Positions 1 through 11,484 of a DNA stretch of 64,000 nucleotides are shown here, one piece after another; position 1 is the stretch's first letter, and the number at the start of each line of letters is the position of its first letter. The DNA lies in the NCBI GenBank assembly GCA_002269645.1, contig NIVC01000677.1, forward strand, positions 124,001-188,000. The letters run 5' to 3'. The notes beneath the pieces are model-generated. The model worked only from the letters and a program-made list of their open reading frames with translations. It searched no databases and was not told the origin of the DNA. The position numbers and the translations under genes were made by a program. Source of the DNA: Macrostomum lignano. Taxonomy: Eukaryota.

Positions 1-126
1 CTTGGTGCTAAAGCCCCTTGGTGCTAAAGCCCCTTGGTGCTAAAGCCCCTTGGTGCTAAAGCCCCTTGGTGCTAAAGCCCCTTGGTGCTAAAGCCCCTTG
101 GTGCTAAAGCCCCTTGGTGCTAAAGC
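1..126. repeat. 16-bp tandem repeat (TTGGTGCTAAAGCCCC), continues off the left edge
   Basis: About 7.5 perfect copies read directly from the sequence. Confidence 0.95.
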
Positions 127-499
127 ACTCGACGTCCTACTAAAGCACTCGAAATAAAGAAACTTTGCAACACCCCTGAACAAATTTGTCAGTTATATAC
201 TCGTAGATTACACCTGGCCCAGAAAGCCTGACTCACATAGATTGAGTATTAGGATGCCGAAAATCCAGGCTTGAATCGAACCGCTTTTAACGAGATAATG
301 CAGAAGTTTATTTATTTTTGCATTACCAACTATCTAATTGTCATCACTGCTAGCTAATAATTAAAGTATACTTTTACAATTGAAGAATGCCTGTGAGTTG
401 TCTGTGAGTTGTCGCTTCATATTGTGTCAACTGGTGCTTCATGGTGCTCAGAAAGAAATCCTCCTCGTGTCGCTTGAAACAGCGCGTGTTTCCGTTATT

Positions 500-508
500 T
501 ATCTCTCT

Positions 509-587
<79 letters not shown>

Positions 588-590
588 CGC
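500..590. repeat. (CT)n microsatellite
   Basis: Direct reading. It produces the SLSLSL ORFs in the track. Confidence 0.95.
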
Positions 591-1259
591 TCCGCTTCAT
601 TGATGACGTCTTCGGCGTGTGGCGGGGCACTGAGGCGGAGCTGGTCCAGTTTCACCAACATTTGGACGCCCTCGACCCGAACATCCGGCTTTAACTGAGC
701 TACAGCAGTACAAAAGTCAATTTTCTGGACACCACCGTCTAGATACTCATCAGCCAAAGAATCGACTGTAACGCCACGAACGCCGTCTATGCGGTGTTCT
801 GCCGCTGATGCGACCACACGGTCCACGTCAGCGAGACCGTCAACAGCATCCGCGGTCGCATGCTGGCGCACATCGGCGACATTCGGCACGCCCGCGACAC
901 TCCAGTGGCGCGCCACTTTACCAGCGGCGGCCACAGTCTGGCGGACTTTGCCTTTACCGGCATCTGGACACGGGAGGGCACAGGGCCCAAGAGCTAACGA
1001 GCGGCGTCAGCGCCAGGAGGCCAAGCTCATCGAGGTCCTGAGGACTCATGTTCCACACGGCGCCAATGAACTTGCCGGCGTACTGCACAACCCGGCCATC
1101 CCGCTGATCCTGCCCCACTGTGCGACCTCCGACGCCCTGGCTGCCAAGGTGAAAGATAGGATGACACGGCACTGCGAGACCCCGGTGCTACCCGCTTACA
1201 CTAAGGGGAGAAGCCTCGGAACTCTGCTCTGCCATAGTCGGCTCGGTCCTGCCAACTAA
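590..1259 (+). mobile_element. Degenerate Penelope-like retroelement fragment (RT C-terminal part + GIY-YIG endonuclease)
   Basis: Manual translation gives RFIDDVFGVW...KVNFLDTTV (RT motifs), then QRIDCNATNAVYAVFCR*C...HVSETVNSIRGRMLAH...PVARHF...RQEAKLIEVLRTHVPHGANE (PLE GIY-YIG signature). It has in-frame stops and one frameshift near 965. Confidence 0.85.
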
Positions 1260-1769
1260 CTCCTTTTTTGACGCCAAGGCTCTTTTACTTCTAGTTTCGC
1301 TCTCCTCTGCGATTTTTTTCATTTGGCTTTATTTTGATGATGATTTTTTTCTCTGCTTTTTTATTCTAAGGTTTTTCTGACGCTATACGTTGCGCCTGAC
1401 TCTTTGCAGTGAGCATTTAATAACTTTTTATTTACCTTGCCTATTTATTCTGCCTTTTGCCGAGTCAGTGCCTAAGATTGGAGGTGCCCTCCTCTCTCTC
1501 CCTCCCGATCCCAATCTCTGTGTGTGTCTGTCTGTCTGTCTCTCTCTCCGCTCGCTAACCATGCAAACTATAATTTATTAAAATAGCAAACCCGTTCACT
1601 ACAAATAGGCAAGCTTTCTAACATACGCTCGTAGCAAATAATTCTTAGTCGGGTTACAGCTTTAATCATTAGTCATAATACAGGAAAAAATATTATATAG
1701 CACGCAATCTGCATTACTATAAGTAGCCAACATGCCTAATTATGCCAGGTTTTTCCAAACTATACTAAA

Positions 1770-1880
1770 AATGGTCTGTCTGTGTCTATCTATGTGATCG
1801 ATTAGAGAAAAAACGGCTCAACCGATTTTCTTCGAACTTGCACTGTTCGATCAGAAAATTTTCCGTGACGGTACATGCAT
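1770..1880 (+). mobile_element. Possible DINE-1/Helentron-like conserved block
   Basis: A short GTCT-type microsatellite is followed by AAAAACGGCTCAACCGATTTTCTTCGAAC, which resembles the motif I recall from DINE-1-like non-autonomous Helitrons. The comparison is from memory. Confidence 0.4.
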
Positions 1881-2289
1881 CGTGGCTAAGAAATTGCTCA
1901 ATGCTAAAGGGATTAAATATTCGAAAAACATGCTTTTTTGCAAAGGTCAAGCAGCTCTTTTGACTTGAAATGCATTGTAAGAATGCTAGAGAAAAAACTG
2001 ACTGGTTGAATTCTGATTCTGAAATAGATTGCATCACAATAGGCTTTCTATTTATCGACTGTGTACTGGCTGAATTTGACACTGAATTGAATTGCGTCAC
2101 AGTATTGAAAACGCAGTGTGGAAGCATAGCATAGCACCATACTTGATTTATATTGCGTAACCACAATGCTAACTTTGATAGAGACTGGTACTGACTTGCT
2201 TGATTATGTCATAACTGCCTCGTGTGACTTTTACTCAATTGACTTGGTGTGAGTGTTGAATTATAAGTGCTAAAACTTCATTTGTAGCC

Positions 2290-2500
2290 TGATAAACCAA
2301 GGATATTACTGCACTTGATAAACCAAGGATTACTGCGCTTGATAAGCCATGGATTATTGCACTTGATAAACCAAGGATTATTGCACTTGATAAACCAAGG
2401 ATTATTGCACTTGATAATAAGGAATATTGCACTTGATAAGCCAAGGATTATCGCACTTGATAAACCAAGGAATATTGCACTTGATAAGCCAAGGCACTAG
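2290..2500. repeat. ~24-bp degenerate tandem repeat (GATAAACCAAGGATTATTGCACTT), decaying to ~2660
   Basis: About 8 copies read directly. Confidence 0.85.
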
Positions 2501-2689
2501 ATTAGAAAGATTACACTAGCTGAGACATCGATTTTTTGACTTGATGAGTAAAGGATTATTGCACTAGCTGAGAAGCTGATTATTGCGCTGTCTAAAAAAG
2601 AGATTATTGCGCTCACTGAGACGTGGATTGTTGCACAACCTGAGAAAGCGATTATTGCATTAGCGGAGGTAACATTTGCACTAGCTACT

Positions 2690-3270
2690 TGCTGTCTCGT
2701 GGATGCTTGCTATCTGGGGGATGCTTGCTCTCGAGGGGGGGTACTGGCTACATGTATGGGAGTCTTTCTATTTAGGGATGCTTGCTATTTAGGAATTCTT
2801 GCTATCTGCAGGATGCTTGCTATCTGGGTGGATGCTTCAACAATATCTGGGGGATGCTTGCTATCTGCAGAATGCTTGTTGTCTGGGTGGATGCTTCTAT
2901 CTGGGGGATGCTTGCTATCTGGGGTGATGCTTGCTATCTGGGGTGATGCTTGCTATCTGGGGTGATGCTTGCTATCTGGGGTGATGCTTGCTATCTGGGG
3001 TGATGCTTGCTATCTGGGGGGATGCTTGCTGTCTTGGGAATATTTTCTATTTAGGGGGGCTATAGTTTGCTGTCTGTTTGTTAATTTTAGAGAAAAAGAG
3101 ATTCATAGCAAACATCTTTGTCCGTGACAATTTTACATAAATAAGGTGATTTTTAAAAGTGAAGAAGGAATTGGTTCTTAAGAAAATGTGCTTTTTTAAT
3201 TGTTTTCAATGACCTATTTTTGCTCCTTGCTTATTGGGCGCCCCGAAGGGGGGCCGGACTAGATTGCTAG
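2690..3270 (+). mobile_element. Non-autonomous Helitron-like element carrying an 18-19-bp satellite (GATGCTTGCTATCTGGGGT)
   Basis: The satellite (2690-3030) and ~200 bp of unique flank match the reverse complement of 60590-60900. It ends in a GC hairpin (GCCCCGAAGGGGGGC, 3240-3254), then CTAG (3267-3270) followed by T, the canonical Helitron 3' end. Confidence 0.7.
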
Positions 3271-3354
3271 TTCCAAACTAAAGGTTATGATTCTTGATAG
3301 CTGCCGAATTTCAGTGAAAATCATCTTATCAAGACTGGGTGATTAGGGCTGAGA

Positions 3355-4005
<651 letters not shown>

Positions 4006-4189
4006 TTGTATTTCTCTCTTCCTTCCGTTTGCCGCTCTGCGAAAAACTTACGTCTAGAATCTTTCAGATGCCAAAACATTTTCAGCTTATATTGATAATG
4101 TACAACACGTGGAAATGTGGCAGAATTGAAAATACAAATGAATAGACAAAAAATGAGCTGATGGCTGCAGCTATGAGGAAAAAGATGAC

Positions 4190-4290
4190 AGCTGAGATGA
4201 GACACAAGCCGTCAGCGCACCGGATTGCTATTGTGAAGGACCCGAAGGCCGGATTGAGAGGCTTTGCGGGTCGGAGTCTGCCGACCCCTG
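4190..4290 (-). mobile_element. Terminal fragment of a hAT-type MITE
   Basis: The minus strand starts CAGGGGTCGGCAGAC, then AAGCCTCTCAATCCGGCC...CTTCACAATAGCAATCCGG, the same module as at 8952, 21806 and 29707. Confidence 0.65.
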
Positions 4291-4469
4291 GTGTAGAGCG
4301 TACGAACTCAACAGTTTAGGTAGCTTAAGAATATTTTTCTTAGAGTGAGATACTCATTCTATTGAGATGGCACCACAGTAGCTCACTACTCGAAATTATT
4401 TCGCTAGAGCTCTTAGCCCTCACAACAATTCTAGGGCATTTCAGGTGACCCTGTAGCACAGACAGTAAG

Positions 4470-4765
4470 GGAAAGAAATGCTGAGACGGGAGACAGAGAG
4501 AGAGGAAGAGAGGATGAGAAAGAGTGAGAGAGGGGGAGAGAGGGAGAGAGGGGAGAGAGATTGAGAGAGGGGGAGAGAGAAGGGGAGACATAGATATCGA
4601 GGGAGATATGCAGAGAGAGGGGGAAGGAGAGGAGAGAGAGATAGGGGAGGGAGGGGTAGAGAGACGTGGGAGAGAGACAGGGGAAGAGAGAGGGAGAGAG
4701 AGGGGGAGACAGAGATAGGGAGAGAGACAGGGACAGAGGAGGAGGGAGAGAGGATCGAGGAGACA
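4470..4765. repeat. GA-rich low-complexity tract
   Basis: Direct reading. Confidence 0.9.
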
Positions 4766-5019
4766 ATGAAACCTTTTCCATTGATCGAGCCCAGATCTCA
4801 TTTTCACTGATTTGCTTAATACACTTGCGTGCTTAAAATCTATTTTAAGATTTTAAATTAGAAATAAACATGAGTGTTGAGGGTTAAATATCGAAAGAAA
4901 CATATGGAACCTTCGGCTTATTTAATTGATTAGAAGCATATACGATTGGTACGGTCGTACAATCATCGTCAAAGAGAGAGAGACGGAAGAATAAGAGAAA
5001 ACTGAAACATTTAGAGGTT

Positions 5020-5285
5020 GGAACTTAGGACTGTGCAGTGCTTACTCCTTTACAAAAGAAGCAATGTTTTCAAGCTCTGCTCCGAGCAAATTGCGGTGCC
5101 CAGGGCTCACGGCAGTCCTTGGGTTTATGAAAGCGTCTTAGACAACGAGTGTTTTAAGAGGCCCAACTTAAGGGTTTGGAGAATTATTCGCAATAAATGA
5201 TGCAGGTTAAGTAGCAAGCTAGTTTAATTCATTTTAGCCACGAGTGAGCCGTGTGCGGTTCCCATCTTGTTCTAAGACTAACCCA
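5020..5285 (+). repeat. ~270-bp interspersed repeat, copy 1 (copy 2 at 9478-9790)
   Basis: Both copies share GGACTGTGCAGTGCTTACTCCTTTACAAA...TTAAGGGTTTGGAGAATTATTCGCAATAAA...CCCATCTTGTTC.AAGACTAA. Confidence 0.85.
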
Positions 5286-5561
5286 CGCAGTATCTTAATC
5301 AAGTAGCTGCATTGTCCAGCCTCTATGGCAAGCAGTGAGAGATGAAGAGATGCATGGAGCGCAAACTAAGGTTAGCTTAGGCAAGGCAGCAGGCAGTCTG
5401 AGCCACGCAAAGCATTGCATTGAAAACGTGCACCCACAGCGCCCTGGCACGTTTTAGAGCTGCTTTTAAAAGCAGCTGACCCGAAGCAGCGCGGCCTCTC
5501 TGTCTCAACTAGGAAAGTTTAAAATTTATTCAAGCCTTTCAAAACCAAACACAGCTGAACC

Positions 5562-5783
5562 ATGAAGATGCAACTTGGCATCGCACTGCTGCTGACCCTG
5601 TTCCTCGTGTCCCAGCTGGCAGCCAGCAACCAGTGGGATCAGGTGGAAGAGCCCGACTCGCTTGACGACATCGCCGGCGAAAGTCTTGATGAGCCGCTGG
5701 AAGCTGACAAAGAATACGATGAAGAAGTTCAACCTGTTGCCAAGTGGGGGCGCCGCCGCCGATATAGCTCCGGCAAGAAGTGA
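5562..5783 (+). CDS. Small secreted peptide precursor, 73 aa (signal peptide, acidic propiece, cationic C-terminus KWGRRRRYSSGKK); possible antimicrobial or signalling peptide
   Basis: ATG start in good context (ACCATGA). The N-terminus is a basic-hydrophobic-AxA signal peptide, the middle is D/E-rich and the tail is K/R-rich. Coding-like GC content against AT-rich flanks. Confidence 0.75.
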   Translation: MKMQLGIALLLTLFLVSQLAASNQWDQVEEPDSLDDIAGESLDEPLEADKEYDEEVQPVAKWGRRRRYSSGKK

Positions 5784-7499
5784 AAGCAAAGTGAAGCAGA
5801 CATCAAAGTGTTTTTAATCAAACTTTGTGAAACACTCTTATGCTACTGAAAACTGTTTTTTATTCCCAAGCAAACACCCTACAGACTACAGTGTTGCTAA
5901 AGTGTCCAAAGTTTTGTCATTTTTAGAACCCCACAAAATTAAGGTGTGCCAGTGTTATATTGTGACACCAATTAAACTGAATCTTTAAATATATTTGTTT
6001 GTTTACTAATTGGTTGTGTGAGCAGACGTAGGCGATCAACAACCGTTCTTTTCTTAATGTCTTTTACTAGCTATAGAAACTTTAGATAGCAGTTGTAGAG
6101 TTCGTCCATTGATTAGTAGAAAGTGTAGAATGTGAAAAGCTTGCATTGATGACAAAGAAATTTCGCCACGAGAGAGCGCATGCAGAAGTACAAGCCTACA
6201 AGGTTCTGCTCAACCTCGTTAATGGAGTGGCGTGGGGTCTAGCCTTTGAGGAGGCCAGCTTAAGAAGCACATTGAGTCGACACCATCATGTACGTAATTG
6301 GAATTAATCTGGTCGAGGCAGCGGAAACTCGTAGTTTTTTATCGGAAGTGCAGTGGCTTTTGACCCCGCACAGTCACTGTTGTAAGTTTGTTATAAAACT
6401 TTAAAAACTTCTTAAAGATGAACGTGAACAAATTCACGTTGTCAACAAACAGACACTCGTCCGTATGGCCCCCAGGGTTTAACCTCATCATCTTCCTCAC
6501 CGATTTCTTCTTCTTCATCTCCTGCTTCTTCGAACATCTCCTCGTCGCTCATTCTTCTATTTGTGATATTTTTTCAAAAATAAATTCAGTGCATATTCCC
6601 GTACATAAAGCTTCTGTGTTCTAGAAGCGAACTTCAACGAGAGCACTCAGTTGAAAGGGCGGATGCTATAGAGAACCACAGAGAGTTACAGTATTTGTCG
6701 TTAGCTTGAGAGGGGGTGTGTTGAAGATTGATGGCTCGAACAGTTCACAAAAAGCAGCACACAAAAATGTGTTAAAATTGAATGGAAAATCTGCATGCAA
6801 ATTTTGTCCATAGACAGAATGAGCGCTCTTAATAGAATATTTATTTGTCGAAATTGAATGCCGCTTGCCGAATTGGAATGCGAGTTTTGTGGAAAGTGAA
6901 CGGAAAAAGGTGTTATAACTTTTTATTTCACAGTTTTGAGCAAGTTTCGGCCTTAAAGCAGAACGGTAGCGCATTTTTCTGAATCCAATTCAATCAGAGT
7001 CAGTTCAAGAAGACTTTATTTAAAGGAAATTATTCAACAAGAGAAGTATGCCAGGTCAAGAAGCCGTCTGCATCGGAGACTGTGTGCCAGATCTGGCTGG
7101 TACGGCCATTCTAGGCGACGATGTTGGCGATTTCAGTTGAATTTCAGGCACTAAAGTGAATTTCTGTTCTGTCATTCAAGATCTGTGACGAGTACGAGTC
7201 ACCAAGCGACTTGTTGTGCGGTCGGGCCACAGCCGGTGCAGGAAGTGTTACTGCGTTCCATCGTTCGCACCCAGGCCGTCAACCGCGCCCTGTGACGTGA
7301 CGACGAGCCATTATATTTTCACAAAAGTACAAATAGTGCTGACAACTCCTGGCATCGCGGCTAGATCATCAGGACGCGGATGACCTCGGTTGGCTCGGAC
7401 TCCGCGTCTCGGCTGCGGCAACAAAGATCAGCACACTAGGGACACGCAGAGGTCGGCGCAGCGCGCAACGTCGCACTGAGCGGCGGCGCGAACGCGACC

Positions 7500-8330
7500 G
7501 GCGAGGGCGACTCCGTGGCGCGGCCAGGCGCCTGTTGACCCAGTCTCTGCAACTTCAACTATGGATCCTCCAGGTGGCGCCGGGGACCACGAGGTCAACC
7601 TTCATTTGGCCCAGCTGTACCAGGTGGCCGCCTCATACTCGGCACGATGAACTGCCGAACTCTGAAGGCCCCCTGGCGTCGCACAATTCTCGTCCAGCTG
7701 GCCCACGACCTACAGCTGGACCTCGTCACGCTGCAGGAGGTTTCTATCGTGGCTGAGCCGGGGTTCCACTCTGAGGACTCGGAGCCGGCTGGAGCCTCCT
7801 GTACTCGTCGGCAGACGACCGCGGCCGGGCGGTGTCGGCGTACTGATCGGACCGCGCCTCCAGCAGAGCGTGCACTGCACCTAGCTGTCCCCGCGACTGC
7901 TGCGGGTCGACCTGCGACTGCGCGCCCGTTGCATCCGGCTGTTCTGCGCATACGCACCCACCGCTGCTCACCCCGAGGAGGCTCGTGCCTTCTTCGACTT
8001 TCTGGCTGGGCCAGCTAGAAGAGGTGACAAATCGCGACACGCTGGCGGTGCTCGGAGACCTGAACGCAGTCCCGCGGAGGTCCGAGCGCTCGCCCTTTGT
8101 CGCGGGACGCGAGAACGCCACCACCGATGCACTGGAGGACCAGCTTGACCGGCTGGACCTGGTGTCCGCGAACTCCCAGTTCCGCAAGCCCCCGCCCGCC
8201 TGGTCACCTTTGCGGCCTGCAAGAGAAGGCGGCGGAAGGCACCTTCTATGCGAGCGGCAGCAGGCCGCTGTCGACGACGCCGTCGGGTCCATCACTGCAG
8301 CCGGCCCCGACGTGACTAGCCGCGCAGTTA
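7500..8330 (+). mobile_element. Degenerate RTE-like LINE, 5' fragment (AP endonuclease domain)
   Basis: Frameshifted motifs LNCRTL, LQEV, GGVGVLI, AYAPT, GDLNA and SANSQFRK. The 3' end (QQAAVDDAVGSITAAGPDV) matches the LINE at 51.9 kb (QQAAIDDTVRTITAAGPEV). Confidence 0.85.
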
Positions 8331-8409
8331 TATTAAAATTATAACTTTATTATAACTTTATATTAAAATTACAAAAAAAATCGCGTAGACTTTTCAGTTA
8401 AAAATTCAT

Positions 8410-8596
8410 GGAAAGAGAGGAAAGAAAGAGAGGGGGAGAGAGAGAGAGAGGGGGGGAGAGAGTGGAGAGAGAGAGAGGGAGGTAGAGGGGGTGAGAGAGT
8501 GAGAGAGAGATAAGGGAGAGAGATAGCGAGGGAAAGAGAGATAGGGAGGGAGAGAGAGATAGGGAGGGAGAGAGAGATAGGGAGGGAGAGAGATAG
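8410..8596. repeat. GA-rich low-complexity tract
   Basis: Direct reading. Confidence 0.85.
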
Positions 8597-8775
8597 ACTA
8601 GTGTCCGAAATGAATAGTGTCCGAAATGAAGAGTGTCCGAAATGAAGAGTGTCAGAAATGAATAGTGTCAGAAATGAAGAGTGTCAGAAATGAATAGTGT
8701 CAGAAATGAATAGTGTCCGAAATAAATAGTGTCCGAAATGAATAGTGTCCGAAATGAATAGTGTCCGAAATGAAG
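8597..8775. repeat. 16-bp tandem repeat (AGTGTCCGAAATGAAT)
   Basis: About 11 copies read directly. Confidence 0.92.
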
Positions 8776-8951
8776 TTCTTCCTTAATAATAGTCTCTAGA
8801 TAATTACCTAATGTCCATAAACAACATTTAGAGTTACTAAAGGATTATCTTACTTAATGAACCTTATGATGCACTTGGTGAATATGAATTATCGAGCCGT
8901 TTGACACATTTATTCACAATCATTTACATGTGATTTGTAATCAGTCTAATA

Positions 8952-9385
8952 CAGGGTTCGGCAAACTCCCTCTGGCCTCTCAATCCTCTCTCCTCTCCGT
9001 AAGCGAAGCCTCTCAATCCGGCCCTCGGGTCCTTTGAAACTTCACAATAGCAATCCGGCCCTCGGGTCCTTTGAAACTTCACAATAGCAACCCGGCCCTC
9101 GGGTCCTTTGAAACTTCACAATAGCAATCCGGCCCTCGGGTCCTTTGAAACTTCACAATAGCAACCCGGCCCTCGGGTCCTTTGAAACTTCACAATAGCA
9201 ATCCGGCCCTCGGGTCCTTTGAAACTTCACAATAGCAATCCGGCCCGCTAAAGGTTTGTGTCTATTCTAAGTTCTCTCCTCTCTCTTGTCTTCTATCTTT
9301 TCTCTTCTCTACTCTGATCTTTTCTCTTTCCTTTCCTCTCTTCTCCTCTCTCCTCTTATCTCTTCTCTCCTCTCATCTCATCTCA
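8952..9385 (+). mobile_element. hAT-type MITE with an internal 37-bp tandem array and CT-rich tail
   Basis: Starts CAGGGTTCGGCAAAC. About 6 copies of CAATCCGGCCCTCGGGTCCTTTGAAACTTCACAATAG lie at ~9014-9247. No right TIR was found. Confidence 0.65.
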
Positions 9386-9477
9386 GGTTTAGGTTAGAGT
9401 GCGGTTAGAGTTATGTTAGGTTCGGGAGTAAATGTGTGACAGAGAAATTTCTGCAGTTATATTGTGGTGGACTGTAT

Positions 9478-9790
9478 AAGGACTGTGCAGTGCTTACTCC
9501 TTTACAAACGAAGCAATTTTGTTAAATCTGCCCCGAGCAAATGGCGGGTGCCCTGGGCTTGCGACAATCCTATATCAACAACAACAAAATACGTTGTCAG
9601 CCAGTCACGCGAGTATAGTGAGAGTCCTAAATTTATGAATGCATCTATAGACGACGAGTGTTAAAGAGGCCAAACTTAAGGGTTTGGAGAATTATTCGCA
9701 ATAAAAGATGCAGGTTGAGTAGCAAGCTAGTTTAATTCATTTTGAGCCACGAGTGGGCCGTGTGCGGCTCCCATCTTGTTCCAAGACTAA
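9478..9790 (+). repeat. Interspersed repeat, copy 2 (copy 1 at 5020-5285)
   Basis: Visual alignment with 5020-5285; this copy has a ~50-bp internal insertion relative to copy 1. Confidence 0.85.
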
Positions 9791-10147
9791 GATTATTGCA
9801 AACCTGACTGGGATGATTTTAAACCTGACTGGGGATCATTGCAAACCTGACTGGGATTATTTAAACCAGACTGGGGGATCATTTTAAACCTGACTGGGGG
9901 ATCATTTTAAATCTGACTGGGGATCATTGCAAGCCTGACTGGGGATCATTGCAAACCTGATGGGGGGATTATTGGTAGATTTTTAGAAACTGATTCCGCA
10001 ATGTGGATTAGCAATTTTATAAATGCTTCGAAATACGTTAAAATACTTTATACATTAAAACACCATACTAATTGCTACCAGAATTTAAATAAATAGATTT
10101 TGCCCCTCTCTTATCGGCCGCCCCGAAGGGGGGCACTAGATTGCTAG
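9790..10147 (+). mobile_element. Helitron-like 3' region with a 22-24-bp tandem repeat (AAACCTGACTGGGGATCATT)
   Basis: The array spans 9790-9970. The terminus GCCCCGAAGGGGGGCACTAGATTGCTAG-T (CTAG 10144-10147) is nearly identical to the one at 3240-3271. Confidence 0.65.
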
Positions 10148-10503
10148 TAGATCCTATAAGAAAACGAATCAAGCTAACCTTATCGTTTAAGTAGTACACA
10201 CAGGAAGCAAACATGAAAAACAGCACATTTACATGTACAGAGAGAACATGGTTTATTGCAGAGAATCTAAACAAGTAATAGTGCTATTATAGCATGCAAA
10301 ACAATGGACACAATACTGTAAATACTGTGTACCAAAAGTATACAAATATTGAATACAAATATTCAACTACAATATTGAAACAATATTTATTCAATCTATG
10401 CAATATGTCACTACTTGTATTTTCACGCTGAAATGACTGTCCCAGTCTTAAAGCGACTTAGTAAAAGTGGAGTACAGGAGGATATCAATGCCCCACAGCG
10501 AGT

Positions 10504-11310
10504 TCACTGTTCATTAGCCTTCTCTGTTTCCATGGGAACGTCCTTCAGCTGCGGCTGCTCCCGAGCTGCCGGAGCCTCGAACGGCGCCTCGATGCACAGT
10601 CGGCCATCGTGGCTGAGCTTGCTCACAACCTGGTCCAGCTTGGTGCCGTCGGGCAGCTGGTAGATTCGCTCCAGCCGCTTGTGGACCCGCTGCCCGCCGG
10701 CCTCCTCCTTGTGCTCCGCCTCCACCAGCACGCAGTCGCCCTGCTGTCGCACGCGAATCTCGTCCGGCTTGAACTCGCGCACCGACAGCTCCGCCTTGAA
10801 CCGCTTGCTGCCATCGTCCGCCTCCACCAGCTGGCCGGACCCCTCAGACTGCAGGTCGCCTCGCAGCAGGCCGCGCAGCTCGTCCCACACGGAGTCGCCC
10901 TGCGGTTTCTGCTGCTGCTGCTGCTGCTGCTCCTGCTGCTCCTTGAACGGCGCCTGCAGCACCAGCATGCCGTCCCGGGTGAAGCCGCTGTTCAGCTTCT
11001 CTGCGTCCACTTCCTCCGGCAGCTCCACCGTCCGCTTCACCTCCGTCACGTCCTCGCCGTTCTCCAGCCGCGCCACCACCCGCACCTTCCGCTCCTCCCG
11101 CTTCACCGACACGTCCTTCGGCGAGAAGCCGCGAAGGTCCACAGTCCGGCTCCACTGACGCGGTCGCCTCGGACCTCTGTGCCGCAGCAGCTGCACCAGC
11201 GGGTCATACTCCGGCGTCAGCCAGTCGTCCAGCTCGCTCATGGCTGCCACGAGCGGCAGAGAGTGCGAGAACGGCGTGTACACGTTGCTCGGTGCGATCC
11301 ACAGAGACAT
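10504..11310 (-). CDS. Small heat-shock protein with two alpha-crystallin domains (flatworm p40-like architecture), intronless, ~268 aa
   Basis: ACD1 runs RTVDLRGFSPKDVSVK...FTRDGMLVLQAP and ACD2 runs ELSVREFKPDEIRV...SKLSHDGRLCIEAP, with a polyQ linker. The ATG at 11310 lies downstream of the TATA box and HSEs. Confidence 0.93.
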   Translation of the reverse strand: MSLWIAPSNVYTPFSHSLPLVAAMSELDDWLTPEYDPLVQLLRHRGPRRPRQWSRTVDLRGFSPKDVSVKREERKVRVVARLENGEDVTEVKRTVELPEEVDAEKLNSGFTRDGMLVLQAPFKEQQEQQQQQQQKPQGDSVWDELRGLLRGDLQSEGSGQLVEADDGSKRFKAELSVREFKPDEIRVRQQGDCVLVEAEHKEEAGGQRVHKRLERIYQLPDGTKLDQVVSKLSHDGRLCIEAPFEAPAAREQPQLKDVPMETEKANEQ

Positions 11311-11432
11311 GCTTGCTGTGTCGCTTGTAAATGATAGAGTTTGGCGATTGATTCGCTTTGCTTGAGGTTGCTTTGCTTGCGGTTGCTTTGTGTGCTCCAA
11401 TCCTGCCTCACTCTCGGATCCAGCTGTCTCGC

Positions 11433-11439
11433 TTTTATA
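11433..11439 (-). promoter_or_regulatory. TATA box of the sHSP gene
   Basis: The minus strand reads CTATAAAAG, ~125 nt upstream of the ATG and immediately downstream of two HSEs. Confidence 0.8.
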
Positions 11440-11451
11440 GACTGGCACTGA

Positions 11452-11471
11452 GGAAGCTTCTCGAATTTTCT
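11452..11471. promoter_or_regulatory. Heat-shock element, 4 perfect alternating nGAAn units
   Basis: gGAAg cTTCt cGAAt tTTCt. Confidence 0.9.
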
Positions 11472-11484
11472 TGCCCACTGACTC

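Noticed and set aside
1260-1500. Hammerhead ribozyme expected next to a Penelope-like element
   Set aside because: No CTGANGA...GAAA core with supporting stems was found by eye; an Infernal search would be needed to exclude a divergent one.
6180-6570. Acidic stretch (MSDEEMFEEAGDEEEE) and an adjacent open frame on the minus strand
   Set aside because: Possibly a decayed transposase fragment, but it is broken by stops and I could not recognise any family motif.
9014-9247. 37-bp repeat array resembling a CRISPR repeat length
   Set aside because: The units are head-to-tail with no unique spacers, there are no cas genes, and the context is a eukaryotic MITE. The same applies to all other arrays in the window.
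10609-11334. Plus-strand 241-aa ORF and similar antisense ORFs over the kinase and adaptor exons
   Set aside because: They are shadow ORFs opposite GC-rich coding sequence, with no recognisable domains.
11311-11478. 56-aa N-terminal extension of the sHSP given in the ORF track
   Set aside because: It starts at a non-ATG codon and runs through the HSEs and TATA box; the ATG at 11310 fits the promoter.
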